This document shows, one piece after another, positions 54,932-64,000 of a stretch of DNA of 64,000 nt. How positions within the stretch are numbered: position 1 is the first letter of the stretch; each line of letters starts with the position of its first letter. The notes beneath the pieces were generated by a model. The model was not told the origin of the DNA. It saw nothing but the letters and a program-made list of their open reading frames with translations, and did not search any database. The translations under genes were made by a program, and so were the position numbers. The DNA lies in contig NC_092675.1 in NCBI RefSeq assembly GCF_964355755.1, positions 24,710,912-24,774,911 on the forward strand. Reading direction: 5' to 3'. This DNA is from Antedon mediterranea. Taxonomy: Eukaryota; Animalia; Echinodermata.

Positions 54932-57900
54932 GTAAGAAAATATAATATTACAATCAGTAACAGGTAGAGGATGAAAATAATTGTTGTATAATTGTGAATA
55001 CCCAAAGATACAAAATATAATAAGCATGACCACTTCTTTTACTGGTTAAATTTGATTAATTGCCTAATTTATCTTCCTACCCTATGAATTTAAATTATTA
55101 TTTAAATATTATGATAAAATAAAGAGATTCACATTATGATTTATCTCTGTTCGCCTCATGCTAAATAATTATATAAAATTAATTTTGTACGAGAATCGAT
55201 AGAGATCTTTTGGTAATCCTAGCCTTAATGAGGAACAACACTCAATAAACGTATTTCTATTCAAGGATACTAGCCTCTAACGGTATCATTGATTTTAATT
55301 ATTTATACATTTATAAACGTAAAGAATGTGTGGATTCTACCAAACTAATTGTAATATTTATACAGTGCTGGAAAAGTATTGTAATAATTAAATTCGCCAT
55401 AAAAAATAGCTTCAATAAAAAATACTAATCGCATAATATTATTAATGTTTGTTGATAGTTGCCACACAGTATTACGTAACTTGTAATTATCCTACACTCT
55501 CTTATACCATCAACCGTATGCCTTTTTTCCAGAAATGTCAATTTCAGTACCGGGGAGGGTCATGCGAACATTAGTGCTATCATTTAACATTGTTATTTAT
55601 ACATATTTGTGTGTATATACGTACTCCTCCCTCTCCCCATATTAGTTTGCTAACATTCTTGATCGGCTTCTGTTTTACCACGGTTTATATTAAAGCTTCT
55701 TATTCCTTTTAGTTTTGTTGCAAATTAATTTAATGTACTATTACTTTACATAATACATGGCTATGCATACTATAGTACTGTAATACATCATCGTATTATT
55801 GCCTGATAGACGAAAAGGTGATGTCATCCATACATTACGTACAGAAGATGAAATAAAAATAGCATGTTGAACATATTAAACGTAAATCCAAATTTCACTT
55901 TGAAATTTAACCAGCGGACGGCTTTAGTGAGCACTACAGTTTATGACACGGACGTCGGATTTAATTCTGTTTTTGGTTTGATGAATATTAACTGAAAGAT
56001 GCCCATAGGTATCGGTTTGCTTTGCAATAATACGCACGTACGAAAAACTCTGTTTGAAAATCAATCATTGAATAGCTATTGAAAATATTTTCTGCCTTAC
56101 TGTATTTATAATATGGCTGATTATTCAGCAGTGGCCTAGCAGAATTAATAAAACAAAACAAATCTAAAATACGATACGATAAAACTTAATTGTAAAAATA
56201 CAAATCAAATTGAGGTTTAACAAAAAGGAGACAAGAACAGATATAACAAACAAATGTTATTAAAAAAATACCATTATTTTTCAATATTTAATTGATAATA
56301 TAACAATTCACCTGATGTACGATTGTGTTTAAGCAAGAAGGAGTGAAATTCGCTTGTTCCTGGTTTATTAAGACAAATTAAACTACAAGAAAGAGTCTTT
56401 AATAATAATGTCGATTTTTAATTATCTGGCACGGTGTTCTATAGCCTAATGAAATTCCAAAACAGAATTGATTTAATTTTAATTGACGTCAATGGCGATT
56501 TATGAGGGACTGTTTTAATGACCGACTTATAATTTAGAAGGAAATTGCTCAGTGCAGGATTCTTCTGAAATTAATTAATTCCCCAAATTATATAAATAAT
56601 GCAGCATAAAATGAATGTATGGTAGGATTCATATTGACTACAATCTTCGTTTTATATAATACCGCAATCATTAGTGCAATTAGACAATTCGAATTCAAGA
56701 ATTTTTTCATGAAAACTTTACATTAAACCTATGATATAATATGATGATGTTGATGATGATGTTGACGATGACGATGAGAAACTCATAACCGCATAGCAAA
56801 AATGTGCAATAAATATAAAAACGAAAAATATGAAATGTTTCCTTATAAATATTAAACATCTTTATGTTCTCCGATGAATAAACCTAATCTTCAGAGATGC
56901 ACTATTTAACTTATTGTCCCATTATGTCTCATACTAATGCTATTGTACCACTTATAACGCATGTATAACTATGAAAATCACATTAACACGTTTGTCGTAT
57001 TGTTAGTACGTGGTGAAGAAATTATTGTGCAATCAAATTTAATTGGATATCATTCCAAATTTAAAATTAATAATGAAAGCTTGATGAGCAATTTGAAAGG
57101 TCATAATTGCTTAGTATTTTCATTCTATTCCCTGAGTAGTCTTCTCAAAATGCATCATTACTGCAGAAGACAACCAATTACATAACCTAAAATATTCGCA
57201 TTCATTATTAGCCGTTTTAAATAGAATCTTTCATATTTTCGAATTATACGACGGCGTGATTTTAAATGATGTGTTTGCCGACGGTGATGTGAGGATACTA
57301 AGAAAACACTCATGAAACTACTGACCCGTCGTCTCATTAGTCGGCTCATCAGCATACGTTGTATTAATAAAATCAAAGCGTTGTCAAATGGAGTCTGTAG
57401 ATTTGTTCATTCGGAGCTTTTTCAGTCTGCATAATATTTCTGTAGAAACTTATCAAGATAACCATCAATCGATATTTGCGTTTCAATAGTTTGCTAGTTC
57501 ATATTACGAATACCATCGGTAACGTAATTGAAAATCTGCATCGCTTTGGAGATTTACTAAATGTTTTGGATATACGCGAGCACATTGTGAATTTATCTGT
57601 AACATTTCTGTGCTTGATAAAACACCTGCAGAATGTATGCAAGCTCGGGTAAGAACAGATCTGGACATTTGGCTTGATTCTTATAATCTACCTACTACGT
57701 TTGTATTACTTTAATGTTTTAAAAATCAATAAATTCACTATTTGAATATCGTGTACATGTATAATTTAGGCTTACGCAGTTATGTATAAATGCATATTTC
57801 ATTGTAATCTACGAATTGTACATAATATTTCCTAATATTAGCTTTTGTTTTCTTTTAGGCCTAATGTTGCCTTTTTTTAATTGTGGTCATTTTGTGTTAT

Positions 57901-58232
57901 TATTACGTACTAAAATGTAGGTCTATCAATGTAATATACCTTGATGTTTACCCAAGATATAATTGTGTGTCTTCTTAGGCATGTTTTGATTTCAATATTT
58001 CTGTCATAAATACATTGTATTTATTCGGCATATTCGAATTGTACAAAAAAATGCAAAGAATTATTTTCTGGTTGTTTTGTTTAGATGTATTTTATTAGAT
58101 AATTGGTTTTCTTTTTAATCCATAGATGAAACAAAATGTCATCATACATCATTTTCTAATGATTTATTGCGTCATTTGCTTTTTTGTTCAAATACCACAA
58201 ATCTTTATTTCTCTTTTTACTTACATATTAAG

Positions 58233-58534
58233 GAGCGTACGTTGGAGAAATAAATCCAGAGTTATATAAACTAGACCCAGACGAAGATGAAGCTAATTTT
58301 CCAGATGACCATATTGGTAGAATTTGGTTTGCAGTCGAATATGAACTTGAGGCGGAACGTCTCGTTGTCTCTCTAATAAAAGCAAAGAATTTGCCGAGTA
58401 GAGTTCATGGCAGTTCGAGCCAATGTGACCCCCTTGTAAAAATGTTTCTTTTACCAGAGGAAAGACGTCATTTACAGTCAAAAGTAAAAAGGAAAACAAC
58501 AAATCCTAAATTTGACGAAAGCTTTGTCTTTCAG
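58233..58534 (+). CDS. SYT15: Synaptotagmin-15-like, C2A exon
   Basis: GRIWFAVEYELEAERLVVSLIKAKNL...CDPLVKMFLLPEERRHLQSKVKRKTTNPKFDESFVFQ closely resembles SYT15 C2A. Confidence 0.92.
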
Positions 58535-59457
58535 GTAGTGATTTTAATGTTACTTAGAAAGTGTTCAACATTAAAACAATTGCATGTTATCTTCAAATCA
58601 TTCAATACATACTCCCATTCAAAAGAAAGCAAATAAAAGCAACATTGACAATTTAATAATGAAAGAATAAGGGAAACCACAACAATCCGAGGTGCCCTAA
58701 AATAAAATAGTAACAGTATTTCAAGTCAATGGAGGTGAGTTTGATATTATACGAATTCCAGGCTGCTAGGCCCACATTAGGTAGTCCACCACAAGCCTAT
58801 ATAAATCGGAATATGCTAGCAATTATTTCCCCTTACCAGCAGGACGATTTAAACGTAGCTTAGACAAGGATATTTGCTATTACAAATCTAATCATGGTTA
58901 TCTCCAATCATTCAATACAAGGATTCTCCCTAATAAGGTTACCACATTAATAAGCGTGAACAAATTAAACGTTTAATGTTTTATGAAGACATGCTTTATA
59001 AAAGGATTACATTTGTTAGTAGGAACATGAATCTTTAATGAGAATCCAATCAGCACAATAACTAACTGAGCCAAATCCAAATACTAATAGTGGGATGAAA
59101 TTAAAATTCGACTGAAGATGATTCAACAATAGTTGTAAACCTTTTATTAACAACTTCCTTTATTTACAAATTATTAGTAGGCCTACTCTCTAGGATATAA
59201 ACCTGCAATCATTGTAATTTTGCAACAACAAATTTATCATTACGATAGTATTTTAAAAATGGGACATAACATACATTCTTTTTTATAGTATTATTAACTA
59301 CATATTGACAAATGACAAAATAAACATCTTTAAACAAAAATATTAGTAGGACATGAGACCTACATAATTAAGAAAATCATTAGTAATGTCAACGTGTGGG
59401 AAATGCTCATGCTCTACACCACCTTTGGTTTACTAATAATACTATTATTATTTGAAG

Positions 59458-59628
59458 GTAACCTACAAAGCTCTACAGCAGCGAACTTTACGACTATCGG
59501 TGTATGATGTTGATAGGTCTAAACGTCACAAGCTCATTGGACATGCTATGTACGCGCTGCGAGAACTTGCATGTGAAGCACACCAGAAAATAGTCATGTG
59601 GCTAGATCTAGAAAAAGAGGTTTCTGAG
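59458..59628 (+). CDS. SYT15: Synaptotagmin-15-like, C2A second exon
   Basis: VTYKALQQRTLRLSVYDVDRSKRHKLIGHAMYAL...WLDLE; AG/GT, phase 0. Confidence 0.92.
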
Positions 59629-60099
59629 GTAGGCTTACCAGAAAACCCGTTAAGTTGCGTTTGCAATATAGTTATTAAAGTTACTATGATCATGGAGGAA
59701 CCTCCATTCTATGATCCAGTTATATACCAGTTATCTACTGTATGCCTAATTATAAGATAGGTGGACACAATGCAAAAACTGTTGTTCACTTTCGTAGATG
59801 TTCCGCGATATAGTTATTTTTTATGACATTTTATTTGGACGATATTTCTTGGTGAAAGATAAAATGTCATATTTTCACTCGGATTTCACCTCGTGGATTG
59901 TCCCATTCTACTAATAAACTTTATTATATGTATTATATTATTAGTTATTGCACTCCTATTCGTGTTTTCTAACCGGATCGGCGAAATGCCACCAAAAGGA
60001 TCCATCCGAAAAGCCGTTGAACCAAAGGAAGAGTGTTGAAAACATTGCAATAAACACTTAACGTAAACCATTATTGATATACTTGGTATATTTCTTTAA

Positions 60100-60312
<213 letters not shown>

Positions 60313-60599
60313 TAAACTTGTCACTTGGACAATGACATATATGCTGTTTGCTCACTTCATATGTTTTTTGCAAAAACTAAGCACAAAGCTGATATCAAGA
60401 CCATCAATTCCATAAATCATCAATATTCTTTTTGGCTGCAAATGTAAAATGACAAGTGATCATCTCAAAATTCCAATGCTTTTAACAAATTTTTGTTGAA
60501 ATTGAACCTTTCTAGAGCAAATACAATTTAATAATCTTCCAAATCTTATTCCTAACTCTTAATTTCTTAACACTGTAGACGCGAAGTTTTAATCATATT

Positions 60600-61250
60600 T
60601 CTTTCCTCAAAGCAAATGAATCCCCTGATATTGACGACCTATCGAATTTATGCCGACCTTATCCACTATCCTCTAATGTTACATCTTTAATATCACCTCA
60701 TTTCAATTATTTCTATTCTCTCGCAAAGTTTTGAAAGAGTCATCTTTGACCGTATATTTAATTTTATCTGCAAATAAAATGTAATACACCTCGATGCCAC
60801 TTGTTGAACTGACCAACACAATTAGAAAACCGACAATTGTATGATCTTTCCCAGGCTGTTGATAACATTGGCGACAACATCCTTTTCTACAAACTATCCC
60901 AATATGGAATCGGCGGGGACCTATGCATAGTCCTTTAAAAAGCGATCTTGCTAAATGAATTCTATCTCCGATTTTAGTACTATTTCTTGTGGTGTTCCGC
61001 AAGGTTCTCTTAGTATTTATCATCTATAATTCTTTAATTTTTCCCGTATGCTGACGAAACACTGTTGTTTATTCTCACCTTAATATCAACACTTTGACAC
61101 TGTTAATTCTAATGTCATTCTGATTTACAACTATTTTGCTTCAAATAAAGTATCACTAAATTCCTTCTGTCAAATCCAATTTCTTTACATTGCATCGAGA
61201 TAATGTTTATCATGGAAAACACACATTATTGAACTCGAATTGAAAATCTT
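60600..61250 (+). mobile_element. Decayed CR1/L2-type LINE reverse transcriptase fragment in a SYT15 intron
   Basis: Translated remnants ISILS..KVFERVIFDRI, DLSQAVDNI..NILFYKLSQYGI, ISCGVPQGS and YADET, with frameshifts. Confidence 0.75.
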
Positions 61251-61571
61251 CAAAATCGTTGGTATGATTTATTAGGCTGTCTACATTTCTAAATCCTTAA
61301 TTTTGTTATTTCTTCCTTAATATAGCTACTGAAGCATTTTAAAAAACTGGAAACTGGCTACCAATCGCTGTTTTATTTATCACATTTGTTCCATAATTCA
61401 AACCTTCTGGTCCCACTCTCATTAACAATATTCATCTTCCTTAAGATCTTTTTCTGCTAAGCTTAAAACGATTTGTTGTCAAATTACTAATTCTTGTAGC
61501 TTTCTATTCTATGTCCCGCTGCTATACTGCTTTAAACAATGCAAGTTATTCATCTGTTTCAAATATTTTAG

Positions 61572-61757
61572 ATGCATCAGTAAAGGTTAGTCTTATGAAC
61601 GCAGCCCGTAAAGTGATCAAAACAAAGAAAACGGAGGTTGTAAGGAAAACTAACTCACCCACCTTCAACGAATCTTTTCATTTTAAAGTAGCACCAGACA
61701 GTCTTGATGTTGTCAGTATATGTTTAACTGTCCTTCAAAATGCACCAAAAGTGAAAG
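61572..61757 (+). CDS. SYT15: Synaptotagmin-15-like, C2B second exon
   Basis: DASVKVSLMNAARKVIKTKKTEVVRKTNSPTFNESFHFKV; phase 1/1. Confidence 0.92.
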
Positions 61758-62073
61758 GTAATATACTGTAGACTGGTATACACATATATATATATATATT
61801 AGAGAAAGCTAATTTATTTGGTCTTTTTTTTTTGTCATTATTTTTTAATGAAGTTTTTATAGTTATTATTATGTTATAGGATTGTCAAAAGATTATACAT
61901 ACTATGTTAACATTAACATTAACACTCGTAAGCGCACATTTCTATGAAAAACATACCTTTACACACTTAGGCCTACATTCAATTCAATTCAATTTCTTTT
62001 TATTACGGAAATATCATCCATATTAATAAACTTATAAACAGAAAAAGAAAAATCGTAATAACTCTAAACTTAA

Positions 62074-62370
<297 letters not shown>

Positions 62371-62504
62371 TATGCGCCTGGACGATCGAGTTCAACCAAA
62401 GTTGTGTCGTATTGTATGTAGCAAGCGTCTTCGTATAACCATTTTAGCCTCATTGAGTGTCAGAAATTTAATATACTCGACAGTGCACCAAAAGAAAACA
62501 TTAA

Positions 62505-62709
62505 TATACAGAGCACAGTAACAGCCACTAACATGTGCCGCTAAAGTACGTTACATAAACCTTAAGACCCATTTATAGAGCACAGTAACAGCCACTAACA
62601 TGTGCCGCTAAAGTACGTTCCATAAACCTTAAGACCCATTTATACAGAGCACAGTAACAGCCACTAACATGTGCCGCTAAAGTACGTTCCATAAACCTTA
62701 AGACCCATT
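62505..62709. repeat. ~68-bp tandem repeat x3 in the SYT15 3' region
   Basis: tatacagagcacagtaacagccactaacatgtgccgctaaagtacgtt.cataaaccttaagacccatt x3. Confidence 0.92.
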
Positions 62710-63059
62710 TACACTAGGAAGATAACATACATAATTATTTCATACTTAAAACGAAATAAAAAGAAATCTAACATGTTTTCGTCTCATAGGATAACCATCA
62801 ATGCTTCCTTTGATGAAAATGATATTTTCACACGTCCAATCATGATTGATAAAAGCAATAATATCGTGACAACAATACAACGATTTTATTGTTTTTACAA
62901 AATTATGTAATTTGATTGGGTTTAAAACAAAGACAGCATAAATGATTATCCTATAGTCCTAAAAGGAAAACATTTCTAATTTCTTTTGTTCGAAATGTAA
63001 GAAATATGCATGCTTATCTATGTATCGCCGATCGTTATCGTCCAAGTGTAAATGGGCCT
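62701..63059. mobile_element. PIF/Harbinger-like MITE with TTA TSD downstream of the SYT15 stop
   Basis: 26-bp TIRs agacccatttacactaggaagataac / gttatcgtccaagtgtaaatgggcct; TTA on both sides. Confidence 0.8.
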
Positions 63060-64000
63060 TTACAGTATCCAACAGTACCTTCGGTAATTTATGAGTATTT
63101 CTGTTGCGTCGTACGCTGAAGTAGATTTGAGTCGATTTAAAATCTAAAACTAAAACATAATATATGTACGTGTCTTGTAGTTTTATAGGATTTCAAGCAA
63201 CGTATTTATGGCTTCGTGCAATTTCAGTAGGTTTCAGAACCCGTCTGTTCCGTTGATGTACATAGCGCACTAAATATCGCTTTTTTTTCAACATGTCAAA
63301 TTACTTCTATACCTGTGTCATTACAGAGCCTCTAGACACATGATATAAATGTATTGGTGCGTGCACTGGTTCAAGATTGTATTTACATCTATGCTGTATA
63401 AAATGTACGGTAATACATTGTGACAATGAAATGATGATGAAGTTCACTAAAATGGTAATTTTAGTGAACTTTGTACAAATTGTATAATTTTAAAGGGCAG
63501 AAATAATATATTTATGGTGTGGTGGAGAATATTAAACACTAAATACCAAAATATGTTGAAGTTTAGGCCCGTTAAATGTTACAATCTGATGTGTTAGAAT
63601 GAAATAGATGAACAATTGAAAAATGATGAAATGAAAGTAAACTGGTTGGTACTTCATTGAATGACCATTATGCCATAGTTACAAATAATCTATCATTGTA
63701 TATTACAGTTCTGTACTTCCAAATGATGTACCGTAATAGTTTAGTTTGTATGTATGTGGATAGTTTAGGAAAATTCTAGTTTAACCAAAGTAAAGTTAGG
63801 CCTGTATACATGATATATTATATTTTCATTGTCTGATGAACATTGTTGGCATTGTATCAGTGTGAATATATAAACAAATGATGTGCTACTTTATTTTTCT
63901 TCTTTGTATTTTATGTATATAGTATTTTATCAAATTCATGGAATTGGAAACCTATTTTTATACATAGGCCTACTTAAATTAATATACTTACCAGACAAAG

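Noticed and set aside
60703-61023. 106-aa minus-strand ORF
   Set aside because: It is the antisense shadow of a decayed plus-strand LINE RT.

Overview
AT-rich, intron-containing animal genomic DNA. A Deu/Nin-type SINE suggests a marine invertebrate, possibly an echinoderm (inference). Three spliced protein-coding genes can be reconstructed by eye. (1) A minus-strand SRPBCC/polyketide-cyclase (START-like) gene of about 173 aa. (2) TMA16 (translation machinery-associated 16) on the plus strand, head-to-head with gene 1 across a short CpG-rich promoter at about 5.4-5.55 kb. (3) A synaptotagmin-15-like gene (TM + C2A + C2B) at 52.5-62.4 kb. The rest is intronic or intergenic and rich in transposon remnants: a decayed Gypsy LTR element, a 5S rRNA + tRNA + Deu-domain SINE, a 5'-truncated Penelope-like element (RT thumb + GIY-YIG), CR1/L2 RT remnants, Helentron-type HINEs and several MITE/foldback elements, some nested. 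The most striking signal is a cluster of type I hammerhead ribozyme motifs at 34-41.3 kb: four with intact cores and one disrupted, from four sequence families. It includes a roughly 260-nt (TA)n-flanked cassette with hammerheads in both polarities. All calls were made by reading the sequence; no searches or folding were run.
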